A stretch of 64,000 nt of DNA, taken from positions 2,206-66,205 of the forward strand of contig JBBIMH010000014.1 in assembly GCA_037444505.1 (NCBI GenBank). Reading direction: 5' to 3'. Of this stretch, positions 19,317 to 29,370 are shown piece by piece. The translations under genes were made by a program, and so were the position numbers. The stretch is from Nitrospirota bacterium (lineage in GTDB: Bacteria > Nitrospirota > UBA9217). The notes beneath the pieces were generated by a model. The model had not been told where the DNA came from. It saw nothing but the letters and a program-made list of their open reading frames with translations, and did no database searches. Each line of letters starts with the position of its first letter. Position 1 is the stretch's first letter.

Positions 19317-19544
19317 GGCTCATCACTTTTTTAGGTGCGAGCTGGCAGGGTGTGCCGGAATGACTTTTAGAGCGATACCCTTAGGCGGAGATCTGCATAA
19401 CAGACACAGCGCTGATTCATGAGGCCGGAGATTATATATTCACAATACACAGATATAATATTCATCGTGTTCTAAAAGTCATGGAGGTATATCCTGCCGA
19501 GCTTTATCTGAAATTATAATTTGCACCATTATACGTGATAAGCC
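19317..19544 (+). repeat. Repeat family A, full-length copy 2
   Basis: Collinear with 2023..2251 over the whole length, with the same outer and inner inverted repeats. Confidence 0.85.
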
Positions 19545-19652
19545 TAAGACAAGCATAACGCATCCACAGGCGTATATTCGATTCTGGAGGTGTGGACATT
19601 ACTTATCCGCTCGGCGTCTCTGCAGTCAATTGCGGTGAAGGCGCGCAAGAAT

Positions 19653-21821
19653 TCAGGCATGCTGGTCGGAGGAGCTTTTCCCTGTGTCCAGCACCGCCCT
19701 CACGAGCATCAAGAGGTACTTACCCTCGAACGGCTTCTTGATGAAGACATCCACATCCGTGCCCTCCTTCGCCCCTGCTACGGCATCGATGCCGGACATG
19801 GCGATCAGCTTAACATCCGGTTTGATCTCCCTGAACTGCTTGATGAGCTCCTGACCGCTCATGAGCGGCATCATGATATCGGTTATCACGAGATCGATCT
19901 CATTCGATATCTTTCTGAACAGGTCCTGTGCATATACAGGGTTGTCCGCCACAAGCACCTGATATCCATGGGCCTCGAGCGTGTCCTTGATGAACGTCAA
20001 TATATCCGGCTCGTCGTCTATCACGAAAACGCTCTCCTTTCCGGTGACATCGGCCGCGGGCGTCTCCAAAGAAGACTCCACCTTTTGGTCCGAGGCGGGA
20101 AAGAAGACCTCGAACGAAGTCCCTTCTCCAACCTTGCTTTTGACACGAATCTCTCCTTGATGCGCTTTTACTATGCCATAAACCATGGCAAGCCCGAGGC
20201 CGGTACCCTTGCCGGGTCCCTTGGTCGTGAAAAAGGGGTCGAATATCCTTCCGATGATCTCATCCGGTATGCCCGTGCCTGTATCCGTGACGGTAAGGGT
20301 CACATACATGCCCGGGGAGAGGAGCGGGTGCACGTGCAATGCGCCCCTCGTGAGGTCTCTGAGAGATGTCCTGACGGAGATCTCGCCGCCGTCGGGCATC
20401 GCATCAACGGCATTCACTACAAGGTTCGTTATCACCTGCTCGAGCTGGATGCTGTCTCCGTTTATCGCGGGCAGCCCGTCTTCGAGCGCCATGACCGGCT
20501 TTACGTTCTTGTTCACGAGTGTGCGCTCGAGGAGCTCTATGGTGTCCTTGACTACATCGTTCAGGTTCGTGGGCACCATCTCGAAGCTCTCTTTTCTTGC
20601 GAAGCTCAGAAGCTTAGAGACCATCTGGCCGGCCCGCCTGGCCGCGTCCACGATTGTCTTTATCCTCCTCAAGGCCGCCTCGTCCCCGGGGCTGCTCTTT
20701 CTCCTGAGCACCTCTGCGTGGCCGAGGATGGCGGTGAGTATATTGTTAAAGTCGTGCGCGATGCCGCCTGCAAGCACGCCTATCGACTCCATCTTCTGAG
20801 ACTGCAGGAGCTGTTCCTGAAGCCTCTTCTTGTCCGTGATGTCCCTGTGGAACGACTGGATATGGAGCACACCTCCCAGCTCTATGGCCTTGGCGCTCAC
20901 CTCGAGCACGGTCCGCGCCCCGTCCTTCCTGTAGTGCTCCGCTTCATAGACTATGGACTCGCCCTCGAGAATCCTTTTTATTTTCGAATCTATCTCACCA
21001 GGCCGCTCTTCCACCTCGAGGAGCCTGAAGTGAGCGCCGAGGAGGGCGTCGCGCTCGAGGCCGTGCAGCTCGCAGAACCGATGGTTCACATTCACGATCA
21101 CGCCGTTTTTGTCGAGAACCGCGATGCCGTCGTTCGCGTTGTCGAACAACGCCCTGTAGCGCTGCTCGGATATGGAAAGCTCTTTCGTCTTTTCGGCGAC
21201 GAGATCCTCGAGCCGCGTAGAATAGCGCTCGAGCTTCATCTTCTCTCTCGAGAGGTCGTACTGAAGGCTGAGCTCGTTCATCATGCTCCTGTGGCTCAGC
21301 ATCCTCCACGTGAATGCGATAATAAACGTGGAGATCATGAACCCGTTGTGAGTGGCGAAGGCGCGTATGTCGGTTATGGTGTCGTAGATGAATATCGGGA
21401 CCAGGTATATTGCATAGATCAGCCCGACAGCGACGAGGGATATAGGTAGGCTGAACGGAATCAGCACCACGGCGCATATGACGAGCAGGTTCAGGCCTGC
21501 ATAGTACGATGATGTATGGCCCCCGAGCTTAAGTATCATGAGCTCTATGGTGATGGCCGACAGCGCGGTCGCGGTGAGTATGACGAAGTACTGGTGTCTG
21601 CGGCTGCGCCTGTACTTATTCACGGCGTAGAGGATGAGCAATATGGCTGCTATCCCAAAGCGGTAGCGCATGAAGAGGCCGAAGTTCTCAGGGGTTGCGA
21701 AGTAGTCAATGATGCCGATAAAAATAAACAGGGCTGCGCCGAGAAGGATGATGTTTCCGGTGCTCGTCTGGAGCATCTGGTCGGTCTGGGCCTCTATATA
21801 AGCCTCTTTTTCCCTGTCCAT
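19653..21821 (-). CDS. Hybrid sensor histidine kinase/response regulator (multi-TM N-terminus, PAS, HisKA, HATPase, REC)
   Basis: About six N-terminal TM helices, a PAS segment, the H-box [16 protein letters not shown] boxes, and a C-terminal REC (VIDDEPD...DIMMP). Confidence 0.9.
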   Translation of the reverse strand: MDREKEAYIEAQTDQMLQTSTGNIILLGAALFIFIGIIDYFATPENFGLFMRYRFGIAAILLILYAVNKYRRSRRHQYFVILTATALSAITIELMILKLGGHTSSYYAGLNLLVICAVVLIPFSLPISLVAVGLIYAIYLVPIFIYDTITDIRAFATHNGFMISTFIIAFTWRMLSHRSMMNELSLQYDLSREKMKLERYSTRLEDLVAEKTKELSISEQRYRALFDNANDGIAVLDKNGVIVNVNHRFCELHGLERDALLGAHFRLLEVEERPGEIDSKIKRILEGESIVYEAEHYRKDGARTVLEVSAKAIELGGVLHIQSFHRDITDKKRLQEQLLQSQKMESIGVLAGGIAHDFNNILTAILGHAEVLRRKSSPGDEAALRRIKTIVDAARRAGQMVSKLLSFARKESFEMVPTNLNDVVKDTIELLERTLVNKNVKPVMALEDGLPAINGDSIQLEQVITNLVVNAVDAMPDGGEISVRTSLRDLTRGALHVHPLLSPGMYVTLTVTDTGTGIPDEIIGRIFDPFFTTKGPGKGTGLGLAMVYGIVKAHQGEIRVKSKVGEGTSFEVFFPASDQKVESSLETPAADVTGKESVFVIDDEPDILTFIKDTLEAHGYQVLVADNPVYAQDLFRKISNEIDLVITDIMMPLMSGQELIKQFREIKPDVKLIAMSGIDAVAGAKEGTDVDVFIKKPFEGKYLLMLVRAVLDTGKSSSDQHA

Positions 21822-21872
21822 GTCTGGATTATATCATCTTATGCGTTGTAAAAGAAGGACGTTTTCGAGAGG

Positions 21873-22940
21873 TCATCGTCTCGCGATATAGAACGCGATC
21901 ACGCCTGTGGCATCCCGCAGGGTAGAGACCTTGTCGGCGGAGATGCCGGCCTTTTCTATGATCATACGGTGCTCCTCTGCGGTCCGCTGAAAGAAAGAAT
22001 CCCAGTCCACGAGCCAGTGATATTCCTGGGTGCGGTATCGGTCGGAGTCCTTGAAGGAAAATATGAGCTTTCCGCTGGGATTCAGCAGGCGGTAGAGGGC
22101 CGAGATGAGCGGGATCAGAATATCGTTCCTCAGGTAATCGAAGAGCCCGATGCTGTAGATGATGTCCTTCGACCCGAATTCCCGGAGGTTCCGCTCATGG
22201 TTCACCATCTTGAGCGCATTGTACCTTCTGAACGTGATGGTATCCGCGCCCAGGCCTCGGCTTCTACACCGGGCCGCGCAGAAATCGAGCGCCTCTTGGT
22301 CCGCATCGATACAGATGGTTCTGCTACCCAAGGAGATCAGCTCCTCTGCAAGCTCCGCCGTCTCTTTGCAGGAGCCGCTGCCCAAGTTCATGATTTCGAG
22401 ACCTTTCCTTGTTGAAAACTCGGACTTCAAGAGATCCCTCATCGCGTCTTTTCTGCCGCGCACCGCCCTGGCGAGGATAGTGGAAAGGAAATACCAGTCG
22501 AGATAATAACCTATGCCTTCCGAGTCCGGTGTATTATTGTAGATACCTTCGAGGATCACATAGTCGCCTGGATAGCCCTTGGGCCATGTCCTGGCATGGC
22601 GCATGAGCCTGCTCTGTAGAAAGTAAGGATCTGTCCGCTCCCTCACCCTCTTTTGTATTTCTTTGAGCCCTGCCCTGTCTGTATGGCATGTCTTCTCGAA
22701 TTCAGCGCATGAAGAAGACATCTGGAATATGGCATCGGACAGCTCTTTCAGCAGCCCTTCCGGATCGGTCACAGGCGTCCGACACTTTTGTTCTATATCC
22801 CTCAGCCTTTCGTTGAACCTCTGGACCGCCTCTTCGAGACGCAGGAGGCCGGCTTGCTGATCGGCGGATGCCGGATCTGCCGAACATGCAGCAGGAGGGG
22901 CGATGCATGGACCAGCCCGGGATATGCTTCTATGTTTCAT
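21873..22940 (-). CDS. Class I SAM-dependent methyltransferase with an uncharacterised N-terminal domain
   Basis: IMNLGSGSCKE (motif I) and downstream methyltransferase motifs. The N-terminal ~170 aa are not recognised. Confidence 0.75.
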   Translation of the reverse strand: MKHRSISRAGPCIAPPAACSADPASADQQAGLLRLEEAVQRFNERLRDIEQKCRTPVTDPEGLLKELSDAIFQMSSSCAEFEKTCHTDRAGLKEIQKRVRERTDPYFLQSRLMRHARTWPKGYPGDYVILEGIYNNTPDSEGIGYYLDWYFLSTILARAVRGRKDAMRDLLKSEFSTRKGLEIMNLGSGSCKETAELAEELISLGSRTICIDADQEALDFCAARCRSRGLGADTITFRRYNALKMVNHERNLREFGSKDIIYSIGLFDYLRNDILIPLISALYRLLNPSGKLIFSFKDSDRYRTQEYHWLVDWDSFFQRTAEEHRMIIEKAGISADKVSTLRDATGVIAFYIARR

Positions 22941-23650
22941 GCCTTTCTAAAGCCTCTCAAACAAGAAGGCGCGGATGATCCGGAGCGAATTGAAGCTTAC
23001 TGCAGCAAGCTGCTAAAATGCACCCGCTCCGAGTTCACCTGAAGGCGCCTACAGTTTAGACTTTAGCATAATTAATACTTTAGTCAAGGAAGGTTTTAAG
23101 AATAAAATTTCAAATAAATCAATCATTTATCTCCGTATCACCATGCCTCGACAAACACGGTTCTTACCCAACGCATACGACATATTTTTTTGTCTAATTT
23201 ATTGTTTTTAGTCATCCATTCTCTCCAAGTGCGCAATAGCCGTCCATGATAAAATAATCCTCCCGTTTTCAGGCGTACTTTCTTCTTTCCTCACCGCGCA
23301 AGCTATTTTAATCAGACACAAAAAAGGGCTGTATCTTTCAGAATCAGATGTGGCAATTAGGCAGAATAATTCGGGAAGGGGCATTGTATACACTGTCAAA
23401 GGGCCATATAGCGGCGCGTAAAACAGGCGTATTGGAAGAAATATATTTTTTAGACTTACTTCTTTTCCTTGCCTTTTCCAGCAAAGTATAGTAATTTTTT
23501 CAAGCAGATGTACTTTATTGGACAATCGTGGTCCGGAAACACGGAACAGAGAAGTGGAAGGCTGAAAGACAGTCAACGATATCGAAACCTATACAAGGCA
23601 GCGACGGACGAGCCCGCCTTGAACATTGCTTCAGCGCCGGTTGAAATGAT

Positions 23651-25153
23651 ATGACAAAGGATATATTCGACATAGAGCGCATGCCGCCCGAAGTCGATGC
23701 TTTCCTGCGATCCACAAACCCATGGTGGGAAGGGAAGCCCGGCCCTGCGCTGCCCACCTACCGCCGCTGGGCTTTCAACCTGACGCTGAAAAAGATGGAA
23801 AGCGGTCTTGCGCCTGTTGTCGTAGTCCGCGGTCCACGGCAGGTCGGCAAGACGACGTTGCAACAACAGCTTATTGAATATTTAATCAAAGAGAAAGCAA
23901 TCAGTCCGAATCGCATTCTACGCATTCAATTCGACGATATTCCATCACTTCGAGGTGTAAAGGATCCCGTCCTTGCAATTGCGCGCTGGTTTGAAAATCG
24001 TATTCTTGGGATGACGTTTAACGAAGCCGCGCGTAAAGGGGAAGGGGCTTACCTGCTTTTGGATGAAGTTCAGAACCTGGCCGACTGGGCGCCGCAACTG
24101 AAAGCATTTGTCGATCATAATACGGTCAAGGTGCTCATTACCGGCAGCTCTGCGCTTCGGATAGAGGCCGGAAGGGACAGCCTTGCAGGCCGGATCACGC
24201 AGGTTGAACTCGGCACGCTGCTTCTGCGGGAAATCGCGGGCCTTCGTTTTGGTAAGGAGGTGAAGCCTCATCTCCCGGTAAACGGACTTGAACCTCTTCT
24301 TCGACAGGAATTCTGGCGCGATTTGCAGCATCACGGCATTTCTCATCGAGACATACGAGATCAGGCATTCAAAGCCTTTTCGGAACGCGGCGGGTATCCC
24401 ATGGCTCAGGCAAGGGCCGATGTGCCGTGGCCTGAAGTAGCCGACCAATTAAATGAGACCGTTATCCATCGGGCGATTCAACATGACCTACGTATGGGAA
24501 CGAAAGGCGTGAAACGTGACGCTCAGTTGCTGGAAGAAGTCTTCCGTCTTGCATGCCGCTATGCGGGGCAGAGTCCTGGTCAGGCGGTTTTCGTTCAAGA
24601 GATCAAACAGGCGCTTCAGGCGAATATCGGTTGGCAACGGATCCTTGCATATTTAAAGTTCCTCGACGGCGCCCTCCTGCTCAAATTAATTCATCCATTG
24701 GAATTAAGGTTGAAGAAGCGGAAGGGCAGCCATAAAATCTGCATATGCGACCATGGGCTGCGGGCAAGTTGGCTGCAGGAGATTATTCCACTCGACCCCG
24801 AGTCGCTTATGAATAAGCCGCATCTTCACGACCTGGCAGGCCACTTGGCTGAGAGCATTACGGGCTATTTCATGGGCGGCCTGCCGCACCTTGATCTGGC
24901 GTATTTCCCGCAGCGCGGAGCCGAGCCTGAAGTTGATTTCATAATAACCATCGGTGAACGCCGCATACCGGTTGAAGTCAAATACCGACATCAGATAGAC
25001 GTTCATCGGGACACCTTGGGGCTGAGGGCCTTCATCGAAAAGACAGCCTATAATGCTCCATTCGGCGTTCTCGTAACGCTTCGCGACGACGTGACGATTC
25101 CGGATCCCCGGATCGTCGCCGTCTCTCTCCGTTCCTTACTGTTAATGAGATAA
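23651..25153 (+). CDS. AAA+ ATPase (AAA_14/DUF4143 family) with a C-terminal PD-(D/E)xK-like motif
   Basis: Walker A VVRGPRQVGKTT, Walker B LLLDEVQ, and a C-terminal EVDFII..RRIPVEVKY (D...ExK) restriction-endonuclease-like motif. It sits in an AT-rich island. Confidence 0.8.
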   Translation: MTKDIFDIERMPPEVDAFLRSTNPWWEGKPGPALPTYRRWAFNLTLKKMESGLAPVVVVRGPRQVGKTTLQQQLIEYLIKEKAISPNRILRIQFDDIPSLRGVKDPVLAIARWFENRILGMTFNEAARKGEGAYLLLDEVQNLADWAPQLKAFVDHNTVKVLITGSSALRIEAGRDSLAGRITQVELGTLLLREIAGLRFGKEVKPHLPVNGLEPLLRQEFWRDLQHHGISHRDIRDQAFKAFSERGGYPMAQARADVPWPEVADQLNETVIHRAIQHDLRMGTKGVKRDAQLLEEVFRLACRYAGQSPGQAVFVQEIKQALQANIGWQRILAYLKFLDGALLLKLIHPLELRLKKRKGSHKICICDHGLRASWLQEIIPLDPESLMNKPHLHDLAGHLAESITGYFMGGLPHLDLAYFPQRGAEPEVDFIITIGERRIPVEVKYRHQIDVHRDTLGLRAFIEKTAYNAPFGVLVTLRDDVTIPDPRIVAVSLRSLLLMR

Positions 25154-25404
25154 AGGGCTTTCGTGCAGTTCAAGTTCTACGCTGCTCAGCAGAATAAAAT
25201 CCACGCCCTCGAGTCCGCGGTTAACCCTCTCTAAGGCAGGCCGAAGATCGCCGGCCCGGCTTACCTTGGCTTTGACAAGGCTTATGCCTTTCTTCTCTCC
25301 TAGAACAAAGACGGATATCACCGCTGTATCGGGAGCAATGTTTATTATCTTGGCCTAAGAAATTATTTGATTTTTCGGCCTGTTTATGCTAATTTTGTCG
25401 GGCC

Positions 25405-26598
25405 ATGATCACCAGCGACATAATTTCCGACTCGCACAAGTATATCATGAACACTTACAGCCGGCAGCCCCTCGTGCTCGTGAAGGGCCGCGGCATGAAG
25501 GTATATGACTCGGACGGACGCGAATACTTAGATTTCGTCGCCGGCGTTGCAGTGAACAACCTCGGACACTGTCATCCGCGCGTAGTCGTGGCGCTCCAGA
25601 AGCAGGCACAACGGCTCATACATGTCTCGAACCACTATCACAACGAACCGCAAGTGGCGCTGGCGCGCGAACTCGTAAGGCACTCATTCGCCGACAAGGT
25701 CTTTTTCTGCAACTCCGGCGCAGAGGCCGTCGAGGCGGCCATAAAGCTCGCAAGGCGCTTTGCAAGGGACGTGCTGAAGCAAGACCGGTATGAGATAATA
25801 ACGATGCGCGGCTCTTTCCATGGAAGGACATACGGTGCCCTTTCTGCGACGGCGCAAGAGAGATTTCACAAGGGGTTCGAGCCGCTTGTGTCCGGTTTCC
25901 GATTCGTGCCTTTTAATGACATCGAAGCGGTGGAAAAGGCCGTAAACGAGCATACATGCGCCGTCCTTGTCGAGCCCATACAGGGCGAAGGCGGCGTGAA
26001 TGTACCGTCCGACGGATACCTAAAAGAGCTGCGAGGGCTCTGCGACAGACACGGCATCCTTCTCATCTTCGATGAAATACAGACAGGCATGGGCAGGACA
26101 GGGAGGCTGTTCGCCTATGAACATGAAGGCGCAGCGCCTGATGTGATGGCCCTTGCAAAGGGGCTCGGCGGAGGGCTCGCAGTAGGCGCGATGCTCGCGA
26201 CGGAAAGGGTTGCACAGGCCTTTACCCCGGGCTCGCACGGCTCGACATTCGGCGGCAATCCGCTCGCGTGCACGGCGGCCCTCGCATCCCTGGAAACCAT
26301 ACTCGAGGACAACATTCTTGTGCAGTCTGTAGAGCATCTGGGACGCCACTTCATGCAGTCCCTCGCGACCCTCAAAGAAAGATATCCATTCATAAAGGAT
26401 GTGCGCGGCAGGGGGCTGCTCATCGGCATGGAGCTGGACTTCGAAGGCAGGGACATCGTTACCGCCTGTCTGAGAGAAGGCTATTTGATAAACTGCACAG
26501 CAGACTATGTCTTGAGGTTCATGCCTCCGCTCATCGTGGCAATGGAGGATATAGACCGGCTCGTCGACGTCCTCGACAGAATATTCAAGAAGCGCTGA
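25405..26598 (+). CDS. argD: Acetylornithine aminotransferase
   Basis: Class III aminotransferase motifs (YIMNTYSRQP, FCNSGAEA, DEIQTGMGRTG, LAKGLGGG). Confidence 0.92.
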   Translation: MITSDIISDSHKYIMNTYSRQPLVLVKGRGMKVYDSDGREYLDFVAGVAVNNLGHCHPRVVVALQKQAQRLIHVSNHYHNEPQVALARELVRHSFADKVFFCNSGAEAVEAAIKLARRFARDVLKQDRYEIITMRGSFHGRTYGALSATAQERFHKGFEPLVSGFRFVPFNDIEAVEKAVNEHTCAVLVEPIQGEGGVNVPSDGYLKELRGLCDRHGILLIFDEIQTGMGRTGRLFAYEHEGAAPDVMALAKGLGGGLAVGAMLATERVAQAFTPGSHGSTFGGNPLACTAALASLETILEDNILVQSVEHLGRHFMQSLATLKERYPFIKDVRGRGLLIGMELDFEGRDIVTACLREGYLINCTADYVLRFMPPLIVAMEDIDRLVDVLDRIFKKR

Positions 26599-26630
26599 GC
26601 GTCACCCCCGGCAGGCATTTACTGACATCG

Positions 26631-26655
26631 AGGCGGCCCGATATCGGAGCCGCCT
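26631..26655 (+). terminator. Candidate hairpin terminator after argD
   Basis: aggcggc / gccgcct 7-bp stem with an 11-nt loop, followed by a moderately T-rich tract. Confidence 0.4.
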
Positions 26656-26805
26656 GTAATATTTCAGGACTGCCTCCTATGGCGAAGGGATATTAGCCCG
26701 AAATCCATTGCATGGTAGTGTCAAAAGCTCCATGAAAAAAGAGGATGAGAAATAAAACCACAGATCTCACAGAGGACTTGAGTAAAATATTCTGCGTTCT
26801 TGTGT

Positions 26806-26936
26806 GGTTAAATACAGGACAAAAACAAATGGAGCCGCTAATGAAAGGAGGCAGAGTGGGAGTGAGGACACCGAGGAGTTTTGCCTCTTCATTCAGGACA
26901 TTCTTCTTGGGCCCCGTGGTTAGTTTTTGACAATAC
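26806..26936 (+). repeat. Repeat family B, copy 2
   Basis: Aligns with the reverse complement of 9839..9961. It ends about 24 nt upstream of the argF ATG. Confidence 0.75.
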
Positions 26937-26959
26937 TCACCGCAGGAGAAGGAGTTCAG

Positions 26960-27892
26960 ATGAAAAAGGACCTATTGACAGTCAATGACCTGGAGATAGA
27001 GGATGTGGAGTATCTCCTAGAGCGCACCGCCGCTGTCAAGCGGATGCAGAAGACCGGCACCCCCTATCAGCCGCTCAAAGGCCGCTCGCTAGGCATGATA
27101 TTCGAAAAGGCATCCACGCGCACAAGGGTGTCCTTCGAGGTGGGCATGTATCAATTGGGCGGACAGGCGCTCTTTCTTTCCGCGAACGACCTCCAGATAG
27201 GCAGGGGAGAGCCGATCGAGGACACCGCCAGGACGCTCTCCAGGTATCTGCACTGCATAATGATACGCACATTCAGCCAGAAGACGGTCGAGGACCTCGC
27301 GCTTCACGCCTCTATCCCGGTGATCAACGGACTTACCGACATGCACCACCCCTGCCAGGCGCTTTCGGACATGTTCACCATTCTCCAGAAGCGTGGCAGG
27401 CTTTCAGGGCTCAAGCTCGCCTACATAGGCGACGGAAACAATATGGCCCACTCCCTGATCGAGGCATGCGCCAAAACAGGGATGCACATCTCGCTTGCAT
27501 GCCCGAAGGGATACGAGCCGGACAAGGCCGTGGTGTCGGGTGCCGGTGATGTGGCGAAGAAGACAGGGGCGAAGATAGAGGTCCTCCGCAGCCCCTATGA
27601 TGCCGTAAAGGACTCCGACGTGATATACACGGATGTCTGGACGAGCATGGGACAGGAAAAGGAGCGGGAAAAGCGGCTGAGAGACTTCGAAGGATATCAA
27701 GTCGACCAGAAGCTCGTAAAGGCCGCTGTGCCCGGTGCGCTCGTGATGCACTGCCTTCCTGCACACAGGGGGGAGGAGATAACTGCAGAGGTGATCGACG
27801 GGCCTCAGTCGGTGGCCTTCGACCAAGCGGAAAACCGGCTCCACACACAGAAGGCGATTCTCGAGATGCTCATGATAGGCAAGACGGCATAA
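26960..27892 (+). CDS. argF: Ornithine carbamoyltransferase
   Basis: SLGMIFEKASTRTRVSFE, HPCQ and HCLPAHRGEE motifs. The ATG at 26960 is preceded by GGAGAAGGAG. Confidence 0.93.
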   Translation: MKKDLLTVNDLEIEDVEYLLERTAAVKRMQKTGTPYQPLKGRSLGMIFEKASTRTRVSFEVGMYQLGGQALFLSANDLQIGRGEPIEDTARTLSRYLHCIMIRTFSQKTVEDLALHASIPVINGLTDMHHPCQALSDMFTILQKRGRLSGLKLAYIGDGNNMAHSLIEACAKTGMHISLACPKGYEPDKAVVSGAGDVAKKTGAKIEVLRSPYDAVKDSDVIYTDVWTSMGQEKEREKRLRDFEGYQVDQKLVKAAVPGALVMHCLPAHRGEEITAEVIDGPQSVAFDQAENRLHTQKAILEMLMIGKTA

Positions 27893-27941
27893 ACGCACTC
27901 TGCTGTTTCGCTGCTTTCGCCAGAGCGCTTTCTCCCCGGCG

Positions 27942-28427
27942 TCATCTTCTCTCTATCCTCGACTTCAACCTCTCCACCACCACGTCCGGAACAAGGCCTT
28001 TGACGTCGCCTCCATATGCCGCTATCTCTTTCACGATAGTGGACGTCAGGTATGCATATTCCTCGCTCGGCATCATGAACACGGTCTCTATCGAGCTGTC
28101 GAGCTTCCTGTTCATCAGAGCCATCTGCATCTCGTACTCGAAGTCGGAAACAGCCCTCAATCCCCTGATAATCGCCGCCGCCTTCTTAGCCTTCACATAG
28201 TCAACAAGCAGGGTGTTGAACCCCTCGATCTTCACCTTGCCGTATCTTGCAGTCGCATCCCTGAGCATGGCGATGCGCTCTTCGAGACCGAAGAGGGGGT
28301 GCTTCTTCGGGTTCTCGGCGACCGCGACTATGACCTCATCGAATATCCTGAGGCTCCTCTCGATGAGGTCGATATGTCCGTTGGTTACAGGGTCGAACGT
28401 GCCCGGATATACAGCTATGTGTTTCAT
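27942..28427 (-). CDS. coaD: Phosphopantetheine adenylyltransferase
   Basis: AVYPGTFDPVTNGHIDLIERS and ISSTIVKEI-type motifs. Confidence 0.93.
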   Translation of the reverse strand: MKHIAVYPGTFDPVTNGHIDLIERSLRIFDEVIVAVAENPKKHPLFGLEERIAMLRDATARYGKVKIEGFNTLLVDYVKAKKAAAIIRGLRAVSDFEYEMQMALMNRKLDSSIETVFMMPSEEYAYLTSTIVKEIAAYGGDVKGLVPDVVVERLKSRIERR

Positions 28428-28476
28428 CTGATTCTCCATTTCTGGCCATCCGTATTGTCGGGTAATAATATCTCAT

Positions 28477-29037
28477 TCATGACGCATCCTCCTGGCCGCG
28501 AACAAACTTATAGAACGACAGCACGGTGTCTCCGTATCTCGCCTCGCGGAACAAGATCAGCGTCCCAGACTTCTCGAGCGAAGGCCGTTTTCTGAAGCGC
28601 TCATAGACCAACAGCCCATCCGGTTTGAGCAGCCCGGAATCTCCGATCCGCTCCAGCAAGTCCCCTATGTCTTCTGCATATGGAGGGTCCATGAAAATGA
28701 TATCATATGGTCCTGATTGCCTCTTTATGAACGCCTCCGCATCGGCTACGACTACCTTCGCCTTTTCCCAGAAGCCTGTCTTGTGGAGATTCTTCTCGAT
28801 TATCCCTGCGGAGCGTCTCGATGCATCCACGAACACCACAAGCCCTGCGCCCCTGCTTATGGCCTCTATCCCCACAGCGCCGGCGCCGGCAAAGAGGTCG
28901 AGGAATACGGATCCCGAGATCCTGTCTCCAAGTATGTTGAAAAGGGCCTGCCTGACCTTATCCGAGGTAGGCCTGACAACGGATCCGGATGGGACTGTGA
29001 TCCTCCTGCCGCGTCCTGTGCCGCCTGAAATCCTCAT
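28477..29037 (-). CDS. rsmD: 16S rRNA (guanine966-N2)-methyltransferase RsmD
   Basis: RISGGTGRGRRI, FLDLFAGAGAVGIEAISRGA and FMDPPY motifs. The rsmD-coaD pairing is conserved. Confidence 0.9.
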   Translation of the reverse strand: MRISGGTGRGRRITVPSGSVVRPTSDKVRQALFNILGDRISGSVFLDLFAGAGAVGIEAISRGAGLVVFVDASRRSAGIIEKNLHKTGFWEKAKVVVADAEAFIKRQSGPYDIIFMDPPYAEDIGDLLERIGDSGLLKPDGLLVYERFRKRPSLEKSGTLILFREARYGDTVLSFYKFVRGQEDAS

Positions 29038-29234
29038 CCTTCACGGTCCATGTGATCCACTTTATATGCACTGAGCATTGCAGGCTCCTTTTAGGCCTTT
29101 CATCTCGAAAAGGGCCTGAGCATGCTTTCCGCGTCTGGCGCTTACATCTTAATCGAGATACGAATCTGCATAGCGGTAAATCATATCCGTGCGCCTCGAT
29201 GCTACAAAAAAAGCCTCGTATAGTCAAGCGGTTC

Positions 29235-29263
29235 TTGACACCCCATCAAGCCGCATATATAAT
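29235..29263 (+). promoter_or_regulatory. Candidate sigma-70 promoter for the nfeD-SPFH(-marC) operon
   Basis: TTGACA, a 17-nt spacer, then TATAAT, all exact consensus hexamers. It lies about 108 nt upstream of the nfeD ATG. Confidence 0.6.
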
Positions 29264-29370
29264 TCAAATAATACCTCACAACCGATCCGGAAGGACTGCT
29301 TTTAAAACATCATGGGGTCATCCTCCAGAATGCCTTCCGATGCTCGAATTTCATAGCCAGGAGACACGAA

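Noticed and set aside
23208-23576. 122-aa minus-strand ORF (plus overlapping ORFs 23515..23757 and 23573..23866) in the AT-rich island.
   Set aside because: No recognisable motifs and no convincing RBS. They overlap one another, and the AT-rich sequence yields ORFs with odd composition. Kept only as part of the island finding.
25367-25395. Possible argD promoter (TTGATT, 17-nt spacer, TAATTT).
   Set aside because: It would give an essentially leaderless mRNA, the hexamers are weak, and the AT-rich background makes chance matches likely.
26745-26930. 61-aa ORF in the argD-argF spacer.
   Set aside because: It is built almost entirely from repeat family B sequence, which also occurs in non-coding context at 9839..9961. 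It has no RBS and an implausible composition.
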